64,000 nt of DNA from Podarcis melisellensis. Its lineage: Eukaryota. The stretch is taken from NCBI GenBank assembly GCA_964234715.1, contig OZ174290.1. The stretch is one strand, 5' to 3'. Positions 51,849 through 64,000 of this stretch are shown piece by piece. A model generated the notes under the pieces. That model searched no databases, had not been told where the DNA came from, and saw only the letters and a list, made by a program, of their open reading frames with translations. Position 1 is the stretch's first letter; each line of letters starts with the position of its first letter. The position numbers and the translations under genes were made by a program.

Positions 51849-52676
51849 TAAGTGGAGATGGGGAACGTTTCTCGCTTTAGAAGAAGAGTTTGCCAGGGTT
51901 GACAATACTTGCCTGTTTTGTGTTCTTCCTGGGAGGACTGTGGGTGGGAGCGCTCCTTCAGTGATTGGAAAGATAGGGGAACATTTGTTCACTCTTAGAA
52001 GCTGATTATATATATTGAGTAAGTGGAGGATATGGCTGCCAAGCCCAAAAGTTATACCCCCACCAATGGGATACTACCTTTTCCTTGCCCCTGTACTCTG
52101 CACTGATGTAATTCAAAAATATGCTTTACCACCTACATTGCTTTTGCATGGAAACAAGTGTCCCACCAGCCCCAGCCAGTATTGTCAATGGTCAGGGATG
52201 ATTGGAGTTTAAATCCAGCAGCATTTGGAGGGCAACAGGTTCCTGATCCCTACTCTATTTTATTCACAAAACATGGATAGATTTGCATTATTATTTTTTG
52301 CCCTGTGAGGAATTTTGACTTGGCTGCAGAAACCTGGCAAAGCTACTGATGGTGTATACAAACCACAGTGAGTTAATAAACCATAATATCAAGTCAGGGT
52401 CAAATTGTGGTTGAACCTCTTTTTCTCAGCTTAGCCTACTCCACAAGGTTGTTAGGAGGGTAAACATGGAGTAATCACATCTACATACACCAACCTGAGC
52501 TCTTTAGAGGAAAAGTGGGGTGGGGTGGGGAATTGAGGCATTAAAAACCAGCAACAACAGTTGGTATGGGTTGTGGACTGCACATTCTTGTTGCACAACT
52601 GATTGCTCAATCCCACACACCCCTCAACCCTGCTGGTTTCAATGCACCCCTAGGTAATCTTGGAAGCCCACTGCAG

Positions 52677-52692
52677 TTGCTGACGTCAGCAA
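52677..52692. promoter_or_regulatory. Perfect C-MARE / full CRE palindrome TTGCTGACGTCAGCAA
   Basis: 16-bp perfect palindrome containing TGCTGACGTCAGCA. The motif is certain; function is untested. Confidence 0.5.
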
Positions 52693-54046
52693 AGATGATA
52701 GAGCAAGAGTTTTAGTAAGCAGCATGTTGGGCAGGTCTTTCCTTTTCAAACAACTGGCTAATTAAGACTATGACACCCCTCTCACCCTCTCCAGTGTGCA
52801 GTCTGTTTATTCCAGTCATTTTGTTTGAATCCTTTTTTTTTTTTTGGTCCTTTTTTTAGTCCTCTGTTTTTCTCCCTTTGAAGTACATTAGTTTCTATGG
52901 AAACAATGTCGTCATGGGCACCTTCTAGGTAGGTTTAGAGACAGACACAAGTGCAAAAGGAAAACGAAAAACCAGTTTGTTATATAATGGAGCTGGAGCA
53001 GATGCCACGGCGTGGAAGTCTTGGTGAGGTGTGCAGGATCTATATGGGCTTTGTGCAGCGGGGAGTTTGCGAAAGGAAGATGCACGTGTCCATACGGAGA
53101 CATCTGTTTTCTGTGCATGATGCGGGGATCTGGTGCCTTCACCATGGGATTGTTCTAAAAGATTTAAGGAAGCTACTAGGCATATATCACCAGCTAATTA
53201 TTTGAAGCCCTGTGGTAAAGTGAGGCAGGCTTCCATAAGAAGGTGCAAACAGTTGCTAGGAGAGGTGACAACTCTTCCTTGATCACTTACAGTCATTCAG
53301 TGACGCAGAGCAGGAGCCAGAATCTTCATCTACAGTATAATACAAAAGTATGCGCCTTACATTTTGTGTTGATTGGTAGTGCTGAGCGTCAGTGGGGCAA
53401 AGCTTAGTGTTTTGCTGACCCCCCCACCCCAAGAGGTTAAAGCAAACACTGTGTCCATGTGGCTTAACTCCCTCCTTTTTCTTTAACATGATGACACATT
53501 CATGCAGCTAGGCAAACCAGCTGTTTTTGTTTGATCCTAGGGAGGACTTTTTTAACCTCCAGTTTGCTTGCACTAAAAACAAAGTGAAGACATTTCAGGG
53601 AGGGAAGTATAATGCTGCATTCAATCTCCTGCACATAATGTTCTCCTGTCCTGTGGAGTTAATGCTATATTGTCTTATTGAGTAAGTTTGCTGAATATTA
53701 TTGCCGAGTTAGTATGATACTTATGAAAGAGCAATTGGACCTGTAACAAAATGTTGGAATGTGGACTTCTGTTGAGGGTTTCAGCTAACCAACTGTGCCC
53801 TTTTCTCTTCCCCTCCACCAAAGTCAGCTTTCTGTGGCTACTGAGTATGCCAAGCCCTCACTGAGCTGTTTCTAGATCCCTTTCCCAGAGGCTACTTTTC
53901 CTTCTGCAAAACTTTCCCCACACCTGTCTATACTTTGCTTTTGTGTGTGGACGGTGCCATTTTGGCTACAGAAAGACAGACACTCTGAGAACGAGTTTGC
54001 CATTCATATAGGTTGCACGCTACAAATAGTGAGCTCTTTCTGTAGA

Positions 54047-54391
54047 AAAGGTAAAGGGACCCATTAGGTCCAGTTGTGGCCGACTCTGGGGTTGCAGCGC
54101 TCATCTCGCTTTATTGGCCGAGGGAGCCGGTGTACAGCTTCCAGGTCATGTGGCAAGCATGACTAAGCCGCTTCTGGAGAACCAGAGCAGTGCACGGAAA
54201 CACCATTTACCTTCCCGCCGGAGCGATACCTATTTATCTACTTGCACTTTGACGTGCTTTCAAACTGCTAGGTTGGCAGGAGCAGGGACCGAGCAATGGG
54301 AGCTCACCCCGTCACGGGGATTCGAACCGCCGACCTTCTGATCGGCAAGTCCTAGACTCTGTGGTTTAACCCACGGTGCCACCCACGTCCC
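54047..54391 (-). mobile_element. Sauria SINE, full length
   Basis: AAGGTAAAGGGAC tail through GGATTCGAACC (B box) to CCACCCACGTCCC head. Confidence 0.93.
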
Positions 54392-55616
54392 TTTTCTGCC
54401 ATTCTTTCTCCCTAAATGCTTTGCATTCAGGTTTTCCTTCGGTGGTGTGAATTAGGCTCACTTGAGTATCCCATCTCTTAGGAATTCCTGGCTTCCAGTC
54501 ATCTCTGCAGTACAAACGCACATCTGTAAATTTGTTTCCTCCAAAGTACCCTGGAAGTTATACTTTGGTGAGGGTGCTCTCTGTTCAAGGTCCCTAGCCC
54601 TTCTCACACATTTCCCAGGATTCCCTGTGGGAAAGGCATGACTATTGAATAAGTGTTAAATCTGTGCTGTAGCTATTCTACACTCTCTTGGATTTGCTCT
54701 CTTGGTGCAGTTCTTTTGTGGGATCTGGCACTCAGAACTGAGGCATCATCCTGCATGAATTTCAATGCAGAGACTGAGTGGTAGTCATATTTTGGCAGAA
54801 TCAAATCCTGTTTATAAGCATTGGCCCTGTATTTGTTTGTCTTGCTAGACGTTTTCTCCTCATCTGCAAAGAACTTTTGGAGACGTGGTATTTCATTTTC
54901 AAATGATTCCTCCCCCTTCTTTTTGTTTAATTAGCCTTGTTCTGGTGAGGAACAACATGTCTTGAAGCACAGAAAAAGAACCAGGTCTCAAAAGCCCATG
55001 AATTTTGTTTCCCTTAAGGAGGGCTGGATCTTGACCTTTCGAGGAGAGAGGAAAGGATATTTAGCACCACACACATTTTCTCATGCCAGTTCCACTTTGC
55101 AGGGAAGTTCAATCTAACATTAAAGCGCTTCAGTCTGAAAAGATACCCACGACTCTGAGAAGAAAAAGGGCTTCATTCATTTTATGCAATGTTTCCTGCT
55201 CCGCTTTCGCTTTGAGTGACATAAGAGAGCTTCACATCTATGCAGGGTCAGTCCCATTAGTAAGCAGAGTGAGAGAGTTGCCTAAGGCAACTGATTTGGG
55301 GTATAATGAAAAGGCAGTAAAATCTTAGCTATTTAATTTACTATGATTATGTTTTTACTCCCAGGGAGAGACACTTGCTGGACTTTCTGCCTCAGGTGCC
55401 AAAATATCTTGGTCAGTCCTGGGTGCAATGCAACTTAACTGAGGGAGGGGCATCATTTGTTCTTTCCCTTTAGGCAGCAAAATCGTTTGGCCTGGTTTTG
55501 CATCTCATGCTCCATTTCAATGGGCCTGACATTTCTGTTTTCACGACATGAAGGAAGGAAGTGTAATGGGGCTATTTCCTTGTGCAAGGGACCCTGTGCT
55601 GAAATGTTTTCTGGGG

Positions 55617-55618
<2 letters not shown>

Positions 55619-55659
<41 letters not shown>
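55619..55659. repeat. (CA)n microsatellite abutting an L1 tail
   Basis: Direct inspection. Confidence 0.95.
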
Positions 55660-55660
<1 letters not shown>

Positions 55661-56050
55661 TTTTATTAGTTTTTTAAAACATATTTCCAACTATCATATA
55701 ACATTGATTGTTATATGTTATAAGATAATCATTTTATCTTATGTTTTAGACTTCCGTCAACACCTCTGATGATTTTCTGTTCTTTATCACTTATTCTGCA
55801 TTTCTTAATTTCTCTATTACTCTTAATTATCATTAACTAATAATTCTCCTCATAGTCTTTCTTGCAATATTTCAGATAGTCCTCCTTACAAAACTTATTG
55901 CAGTCCTACTAGCGTAATCTGTTCATTACAATTGCTTTTCAAATAGTTTGTATATTTACTCCAGCCTTCTGAGAATCTCTGGTCCCACAGGTTTCGAATC
56001 CTTCACGTTAATTTATCCAGTTCTGCATACTCCATCAATTTCATCCGTCT
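55660..56050 (-). mobile_element. L1 LINE 3' end
   Basis: The minus strand encodes MKLMEYAELDKLT*RIRNLWDQRFSEGWSKYTNYLKSNC, resembling the squamate L1 ORF2 C-terminus, then a 3' UTR with AATAAA. Confidence 0.75.
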
Positions 56051-56539
56051 GGGGCTCCCCTTCTATCTAACCTACATTCCCAGGGCTGAACATCTAAGGA
56101 GTGCAGATGATGATGATCATCATCACTTTTAATTTGTATACTACCTTTCTATCTTACAATACTCAAGGCGGTTTACAAGCTGAAGAAACAAAGAATGTAC
56201 ACCTTACACCTTATAACAATCTAATGCAATACAAAAATGTGATAATAAAACATACTTTATTTGATGTAGATTGCTTATTTTAAAGCTAACATTCAACAAT
56301 CATTAGAATAGTATAAAATAATAATATCATCATATAAAAATTAAACAGAAGCCCACTCTTAACAATTACAATAAATACTTTCAAAATTACAATCAATAAA
56401 ACAACGGCAAGCCACAGTGCATAAAATAATACAATACAAATTGAGAAACATAGACTAGAGAGTGGGGCAAGGCAAGTGGAAGAAAGCAGGTGGAAGAAGA
56501 AGATGACAATAAATGTATTTATTTATATACCTCTTAGTG

Positions 56540-57255
56540 CATAGAGACTTCTAAGCAGTTTACAAGTATGAACACCAATGACACAAACATAAATAAGTCA
56601 CTCCTACTGAACATCTTCCAAGACAATAATGCCCATTTACACGCCAAAGAACTCATAACCCACCTACTCTCAGCAGCCAGAAGCATTATAGCCAGACACT
56701 GGAGAGTCCTGTCAGGTGTAAGCATGGACCAAAGGTATCAAATAGTATGGGAAGCAGCCTTATTAGAAAAACTAATCAATAAACTGAAACTTACATGGGG
56801 ACAAATATAAGAAGACACCTTCACCCTCGTATGGCTCCCCTTTATCACATACACAGTCCAACAAGACAACAACAAGAATCCGCCGACAGCATGTGAATCA
56901 ATCTGGCTAACCTGATCCAAACACACTCTCACACTCACACACAAAAACAAATCTCACTACAGCCAACCAAAGACAACGAACCACACCCTAGGCCACCCAC
57001 AACCTCTCTCACCACCAAGAAAATAGAACAAGCGAATAGTAAGAGAACTCACACAAGTGACGCTGACTCAAAACCCCATACATACACTAAGTAGAAGAAT
57101 AGAAGCATTGCCACCCGACCCCACCCCACTTATCATTCTCCCCTCCCCCTTTCCCCCTCTTTTCTTCCTAACCTAACAGTATATGTAACACTAATGTCTC
57201 ACAACAAATGAAACTGATCTGTAATGCAACTTGAAAAGAGACAATGCACGTATTT
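56540..57255 (+). mobile_element. L1-clade LINE 3' end running into the assembly gap
   Basis: ELITHLLSAARSIIARHW...IVWEAALLEKL...F..VWLPFITY resembles an L1 ORF2 C-terminus; A/C-rich 3' UTR follows. Confidence 0.7.
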
Positions 57256-58012
57256 NNNNNNNNNNNNNNNNNNNNNNNNNNNNNNNNNNNNNNNNNNNNN
57301 NNNNNNNNNNNNNNNNNNNNNNNNNNNNNNNNNNNNNNNNNNNNNNNNNNNNNNNNNNNNNNNNNNNNNNNNNNNNNNNNNNNNNNNNNNNNNNNNNNNN
57401 NNNNNNNNNNNNNNNNNNNNNNNNNNNNNNNNNNNNNNNNNNNNNNNNNNNNNNNNNNNNNNNNNNNNNNNNNNNNNNNNNNNNNNNNNNNNNNNNNNNN
57501 NNNNNNNNNNNNNNNNNNNNNNNNNNNNNNNNNNNNNNNNNNNNNNNNNNNNNNNNNNNNNNNNNNNNNNNNNNNNNNNNNNNNNNNNNNNNNNNNNNNN
57601 NNNNNNNNNNNNNNNNNNNNNNNNNNNNNNNNNNNNNNNNNNNNNNNNNNNNNNNNNNNNNNNNNNNNNNNNNNNNNNNNNNNNNNNNNNNNNNNNNNNN
57701 NNNNNNNNNNNNNNNNNNNNNNNNNNNNNNNNNNNNNNNNNNNNNNNNNNNNNNNNNNNNNNNNNNNNNNNNNNNNNNNNNNNNNNNNNNNNNNNNNNNN
57801 NNNNNNNNNNNNNNNNNNNNNNNNNNNNNNNNNNNNNNNNNNNNNNNNNNNNNNNNNNNNNNNNNNNNNNNNNNNNNNNNNNNNNNNNNNNNNNNNNNNN
57901 NNNNNNNNNNNNNNNNNNNNNNNNNNNNNNNNNNNNNNNNNNNNNNNNNNNNNNNNNNNNNNNNNNNNNNNNNNNNNNNNNNNNNNNNNNNNNNNNNNNN
58001 NNNNNNNNNNNN
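57256..58012. other. Assembly gap (757 N)
   Basis: Run of n. Confidence 1.
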
Positions 58013-60887
58013 CCATCTCTGCAAAGGCCACATACCAGGGGTGGGGATGGCACCTGTATATGCACATATGTACTCTCTTGTACACCACAGACACCGGACA
58101 CGCAGGCACACAAACTGTCTTCCTCTTTCACTCACACACATGTTCATGCAGTCACACACTCAGTGAAAACAATCCAATTAAAACATAAACATCTATAATT
58201 AAAATATGCAATAAGACAGTCCCATTATATAGATATATAGAAACCCTGTATCCAGATCTCTGTTCTAGAGGGGCCATAAAACATCTTAATTCCTCTAATA
58301 ATGTTTCAGCACCATCAGTGTCACTATTTTCACACCAGTTCTCTTGCTACAGTAAAGTCTTTTCAAATGTACCTCTGGGCCTTTGGGAGAATGAATGAAT
58401 GAATGAATGAATGAATGAATAAATAAAGCAGCATTAGTAGAGACCAAAAGAAACAGCTCCATACCTGGATTGTGGATAACTAGATCTATGTCGTAGGGGA
58501 GACTACTGTATTGCTATTATTCATTCCACTAGTTAGTATGTGAGCTTGTTTGCTCTACATTCCATTTTTAACCTATAATAATAATTCCATTTATAACCCA
58601 CCCTTCCTCCTGAAGGAGCCCAGAGTAACAGATTTAGATGTGCTGTGTGTTTATTAAGGAAAAAATTAAGTGTCCCTCTACGTTCAGCCAGAAATTACTT
58701 TTCGTGATGATTGGCATTTATAGGAAACTTGCGCCAGAAACAAACTATGGGTTATCGTGGACGTGCTCATGCATGTTGCTGAAATTGTGTTTATCTTGCT
58801 CCTCCATTTCCTGAACCAGAAAGGGGGGTGGGGAACCACAGCAATGGTTTAGTGTTAAATGTGAACCAGTGCTTGTAATTTCTCTCCAAACCTTTAGAAG
58901 AAGTAAAGGTTCTTTCTTGGCTTCATCTCAAAGTTTGCATGGAGGGAAACAAACCATGAGCATTGATTCACCTGTAAGCCAGCACCATTTTCTGTCTATT
59001 CTCAGCTTGTTAAAGGGAAGAACAGCCGCAGGTCCAATATGAGCAGTATGTGTCAGCCTGCTTCTCATTTCAGACTGTGACATGCAACCATGGCCACTTC
59101 GTTAGCTTATAATGGATTATTATTATTATTTGTTTGCGGAGCGGAAATGTAGGGTTAGAGACTTACAGTATATCCTACTGAGGTGTTTCAGTACTGTGGG
59201 AGATTTGTGGATCTTCTACAATATTTTCTACTTCGAACATTCAAATAAACATATGACCAAGAGATTTATTTATTTTTAAGCTGGCATAAGTTTTAGTGGC
59301 ATTATTATACTGCTAAAATATGTATTCTTCAGTACCTTGGACATATTTTAATTTCATCATAGATGGTTGAATGGTTTTCTTGTGTTTAGAAAACAAACAA
59401 GCACCCAGCTGTTTTCTAAACCTTTTAGTGTGTCTCCATAGAAAATATTTTGGACTCCTGTCTCCAAATTTTAGATGGTCCTGTAACCTTATGCACCTTT
59501 TACGTGGCTTTCTTGATAAATGAATTTTAATTGAGTTGGGTTTGTTCCCACCAAGCAGGCGTGCCAACCAGACTCTCAAGGGAGATAACTGACAGCTTGA
59601 ACTCCTGATAGTGCTTGAGACACCCATTGCAAGCATTCTGGCAGCCCCCTGTCCTCTCCCTCCTTCCTATTTCTTGCCCCCCCCCCCCCAGCCCAACCTC
59701 TCCTTCCCTTTTCCTGTTCCCTCTGGAATTGCTGCCCCTTCATTTCTGTAGCCCTTCTTCCATACTGCCTTCCACAAACTGGTGACCTCCAGATGTTCTG
59801 AACCACAACTTACATAATCCCCGATCGTTAGCCCCACTGGCTAGTGTTGATGGTAGTTGTAGCCCAAAACATCCATAGGGAAGGCTGCTTTATTGTAACC
59901 AAGCCAAAGTACATGTAATTGAAATATGCATGCATTTTCCCTCTGCCTACTCCTCCCTACTCCTCCCTACTCCTCCCTTCAGCCCCCACTCCCTGATCTG
60001 TTGTTTTCCTGAATCGATTTTAGACTGTAAGCCCCATGGCCCAAGAGCCTGGTATTTCTGCTCTTACACACAAACAATGATGTTCCTACTGAAAATGGAA
60101 TTTCCAGTGTTGAGGTGCAGTGATGACCGTATACTGGATACAAAGAGCGGGCTGCGCTTAGAAACTCCTCCTAACCATCTGGATGGCTACTGCCGGAAGC
60201 AGAATACTGGGTTAGATGAGTATTTAGTCTAATCCAGGAAGTCTTGTCTTATCTTCTTAACTTATTACCTAATTTTTGTCCAGCTGGTTTGCAGAAGTTT
60301 GGCTCAGAAACAGGTTTATGGGCAGGCAAGTGCCTACTGTAGATCAGGAATTGCATTGGAGATTGCAATTTGTTTTGAGTACTAGAAATGAGCTGAGACC
60401 ACAGCCCTTCATTTCACATAAATATCCATTTCTGATTACCCAAGTGTTGTCTGAACTCTTAAGTGTGTGTGTGATTTTGTTGTTCCTATTGTTAAACAAT
60501 TTGGAGTCAGAAATCCTTGCTGATTTACTGAAAATCAATCTACTATTATATCCCAGTCTGTTTTCTCCCTCTCCCCCTGTATTATAAATCTGTGCTCCCG
60601 GGGACTTGGTAGGTCAAGGCAGTGTGGCAGCAATATGCTGGACAGGGGAAGGAGCCTGCGGAAAGGAAGATCTTGCATTCTAAGTGATCTAAATGCTTTG
60701 AGATAATCCTCACAGTTATGTTATGTTCAGATGAAGGGCCTGTTACCTGGGCCTCATCACACTGCTGCCTTGCTGCTATGCATGGGCTGTGTGCCTGTGA
60801 GACCTTACGTACTTTGTGCAATGTATGTTTTAAGGCAGAGGAGGAAAGTTTCAGGTATGTAATGTATCGTTTTGTGTTCCTTTGCAG

Positions 60888-60942
60888 TTCGCCTCCATGA
60901 TAGCATATCTGAGGAAGGCTTCCACTACCTCGTCTTTGATCT
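60888..60942 (+). CDS. CAMK2B: CaMKII beta coding exon 4 (55 bp)
   Basis: ttcctttgcag|TTCGCCTC...TTTGATCT|gtaagt. In frame: (V)RLHDSISEEGFHYLVFD(L). Confidence 0.97.
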
Positions 60943-61185
60943 GTAAGTAGGAAATCCATTGTGACTGTATCACTATATGCTCTATTCTTGCACTTGAGGT
61001 CCCTGCCCAGTAGCTCACCCAGACCCCTACTCAACTTAACCTGGAATTTATCTGCTTTAAAATACTAACCTCCCCTTCCCGCCACTTCTCCAGCAAAGCA
61101 TCATAGTTGCCACTGATTGTCCCCTTCCTGGTGGCACACTGTGGATAGTTTCCCCCCTCCCCTGCATGATGATGATGATGATGAT

Positions 61186-61543
61186 TAATAATAATAATAA
61201 TAATAATAATATAATATTTATACCCTGCCCATCTGGCTGGGTTTCCCCAGCCACTCTGGCCAGCTTCCAGAAGAATATTAAAATACAATGATTCATCCAG
61301 TATTAAAAGCTTCCCTAAACAGGGCTGCCTTCAGATGTCTTCTAAAAGTCCGATTGTTGTTTATCTCTTTGACATCTGATGGGAGGGCATTCCACAAGGC
61401 GGGCGCCACTACCGAGAAGGCCCTCTGCCTGGTTCCCTGTAACTTCGCTTCTCACAGTGAGGGAACCGCCAGAAGGCCCTTGACACTGGATCTCAGTGTC
61501 CGGGCAGAACGATGGGGATAGAGACGCTCCTTCGGGTATACTG
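61186..61543 (-). mobile_element. L2 3' end with (AAT)n/(GAT)n tail
   Basis: Reverse complement of the 14081-14466 family; starts about 245 bp downstream of exon 4. Confidence 0.88.
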
Positions 61544-62720
61544 AAGGATTATACAGGCATACAGCATTATACAGGTATAATTCTGAATACATTTTGTGTG
61601 CTGCTAGGGGAATAAAGCAGGCTGTGGCATCCTCACGGGGGGCGGGGGGGGGAGAGAAGAAGGCTGCAGCTGCAGCTATTCCATTAGCACGAAGGAGAGG
61701 GTGATGAGAAGGAGGAAGGCTATCAGAATGATGGGGGTGACTCAGTGCCCCTGACACACTATGCCCAGAGTAGCTAAACAGCTGCTTAGCCAGAGACATG
61801 CCCACTAAGACCCGCATAAGTTTTAAAGGCTCTGTTGGCTCCAGGGCTCCAGACAGCGATGTTGGCCTGTCCCTCTTCCCATTCCTTTTGTCAGGATGGC
61901 TGTAGGCCATGTCCTGTGCCGACTGCCTTTGCAAAGTGTCTGGGGGCTTGTGGAGACATTGTGTGCTTTGCTCGGCTGCCTCTCACTTCATTCCAGATAT
62001 AGAAGCTGGTGATCTCATCTCTCCTCTTCCCTGACAGCTCCAGTTAGGCAGTGAGCTATATTTAGCTCTTCTCTGAGTCAGTGCAGCTCCTGCTTGTCTT
62101 TCGCTGGAGTCACACAGACCTTGGTATGTCCCTTGCCTGCAGCGGGAGGATTGAAAGTAAAATGCAGGTTTACATCCCCCGGGCCACATGGCAAAGGACA
62201 CTTGAGGACCCAGCTGTGGACTGGGCCAGCTGCTGCGTGGGTTGTTACGGTTTTGCATGTGCTTTCCGAGACCTTATAGGCTCAAGACTTGATTCCGTGA
62301 ATATCAAGCAATTCCTGGTATATGCAGAATGAAGCTGAAAGCTGGGCAGAATGGGGAGGCTTTGATCATCCGTTGAGGCTGTTTGAAACGTTGGAGGGTG
62401 GTATACCTTGCTATTCAAGAACAAAGATGACAGATTGCTCCCTTTTTTCATGGACCTCAGCATTACTGGAGGGGGGGGGGGAGAGACTTTAAACCCACAG
62501 TTGCTTCCTTGCTGTAACCTCTGCTAGTACTCATTCCATTCTCTTCCATAACCTCTTTCTTAGACAGAGTCACTCAGGTGGCATCCTCTGCTCATTCACT
62601 AGGGGGTAAATCACATGGCGCTCAGTGGGACTTACTTTTGAGTAAAATGCACAGTCATTCTTTCTTACAAGGCTAGCAGCCCAACATGGGTCTTCCTTGG
62701 TCAGCTTTTGTTACACTGCA

Positions 62721-62951
62721 CAGTGGTACCTCGGGTTACATACACTTCAGTTTACATACGCTTCAGGTTACAGACTCTGCTAACCCAGAAATAGTACCTC
62801 GGGTTAAGAACTTTGCATCAGGATGAGAACAGAAATCGCGCGGCAGCAGCGGGAGGCCCCATTAACTAAAGTGGTGCTTCAGGTTAAGGACAATTTCAGG
62901 TTAAGAACGGACCTCCGGAACAAATTAAGTACGTAACCAGAGGTACCACTG
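62721..62951. mobile_element. Tigger/pogo-like MITE
   Basis: TIRs CAGTGGTACCTCGGGTTAC / GTAACCAGAGGTACCACTG. TA on the right flank, CA on the left. Confidence 0.88.
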
Positions 62952-63254
62952 TACACGAAAATCAGTAAACTTGGGACAAGCGTCAAATGGAGTGGTGGTG
63001 TTGGTAGCTGCTGCTTATTCCTGAAGTGCATTTGCACTATTCAGGACACACCCATACAACAAATTCTTATACTCAGCTCATCTCTTACACAAGAAGGGCA
63101 AGATGCCAGTGAAACAGACAGTACTGTAATAATGGCCATGTGGCCTGCTGGGCTAGGGCTGGCCTTTGCATACCCTTGACCTGTTTGCTGGAACATGTGC
63201 ACTACATCTACCTGTCCTGTAAAACCATTGCCTGGAAACATTTTTAGATATCTG

Positions 63255-63405
63255 CAGTGCTTTTTTTCCTTAAAAAAAAAAGTTTAGGGGTACTCTCTCA
63301 TTTTCCTACTCATAATGAAATACTGCCCCTCAATGAGGCCAAGCTTAGATTCACAAAATGTTTAGGGGTATGCGTCCCCTCCATCCCCCCAGAAAAAAAG
63401 CACTG
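63255..63405. mobile_element. hAT-type MITE
   Basis: TIRs CAGTGCTTTTTTTC / GAAAAAAAGCACTG. Exact 8-bp TSD GATATCTG at 63247-63254 and 63406-63413. Confidence 0.92.
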
Positions 63406-63469
63406 GATATCTGTCCTCTACCTTATTTGTATCCTGCCCTGTCTTTATTGATATTCTATATTGAGCGTG

Positions 63470-63587
63470 CTGGCAACATGACCCGGAAGCTGTACGCCGG
63501 CTCCCTCGGACAATAAAGCGAGATGAGTGCCGCAACCCCAGAGTCGGTCACGGCTGGACCTAATGGTCAGGGGTCCCTTTACCTTTT
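63470..63587 (+). mobile_element. Strongly 5'-truncated Sauria SINE with TSD
   Basis: 3' 118 bp of the SINE; 13-bp TSD TATATTGA(G/A)CGTG at 63457-63469 and 63588-63600. Confidence 0.9.
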
Positions 63588-63646
63588 TATATTGAACGTG
63601 AGCCTCCAGTACGGAGTGGGTTCATATGATCGTTTTTCTCATAGCT

Positions 63647-63984
63647 CAAGGATGGGGAGCCTCAGTTCCAGGGGCTGAATGCGGCCCTTCATGCCAATTA
63701 TCTGGCCCTCGGCACTCTCCCCAGGCTGTGTCCTCTATGCCAGGCCACCCATCTCCTCTAGACCTGCTTTGTACCCTCTTTACATGTTTTTGCTGGCTGG
63801 AACATTTCTTTTTGCTTGCCCAGATGGAGCGTAGAGAGTTTGTATAGAAACTAGTTTATTGTACATAAGTAAAATTTACGTTCATTGCTTGGCCCACTTT
63901 TGCCCCTACCACCAGCAGGTGGCCCCTAAAAGGTTGCCCCAGTGAGAATGTGGCCCTTGGACTTGAAAAGTTTCCCCACCGCTG
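63647..63984. mobile_element. Decayed hAT-Charlie-like MITE
   Basis: Ends CAAGGATGGGGAGCC / TTTCCCCACCGCTG, with GCGGCCC-type subterminal motifs; TSD only partial. Confidence 0.55.
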
Positions 63985-64000
63985 TCATCGGGAGAAACAC

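Noticed and set aside
57168-58198. Six ORFs of about 310-324 aa
   Set aside because: Artefacts of the 757-N gap.
58305-58313. RE1 left half TTCAGCACC
   Set aside because: No GGACAG right half nearby; an isolated 9-mer is expected by chance.
60835-60860. Donor-like CAG|GTATGT 33 nt upstream of the exon 4 acceptor (possible microexon or mutually exclusive exon)
   Set aside because: The upstream acceptor is weak, the implied 20-nt exon would shift the frame, and it shows no kinase-like coding similarity.

Overview
This is eukaryotic (vertebrate) genomic DNA, almost certainly from a squamate and probably a lacertid lizard, judging by its Sauria SINEs, L2, CR1, RTE and L1 retroelements, Penelope fragments and hAT/Tc-Mariner MITEs. 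The whole window appears to lie inside one + strand gene, CAMK2B (Ca2+/calmodulin-dependent protein kinase II beta). Only coding exons 2 (7087-7181, 95 bp), 3 (51766-51825, 60 bp) and 4 (60888-60942, 55 bp) are present. They have canonical AG/GT borders and splice in frame to [70 protein letters not shown]. The rest is intron (intron 2 is 44.6 kb, intron 3 is 9.1 kb) filled with TE remnants and microsatellites, plus a 757-N gap. Nearly all ORFs in the supplied track are spurious or TE-derived. I find no clear new multi-gene system. The best leads are a perfect C-MARE/CRE palindrome in intron 3, a motif-dense candidate enhancer behind exon 2, nested inverted repeats that could circularise exons 2-4 into a stop-free 210-nt circle, hammerhead-like cores in Penelope remnants, hairpin-carrying Tc2-like MITEs and a local templated-looking duplication. 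Repeat family names are from recalled consensus similarity, not database searches, and repeat boundaries without TSDs are approximate.
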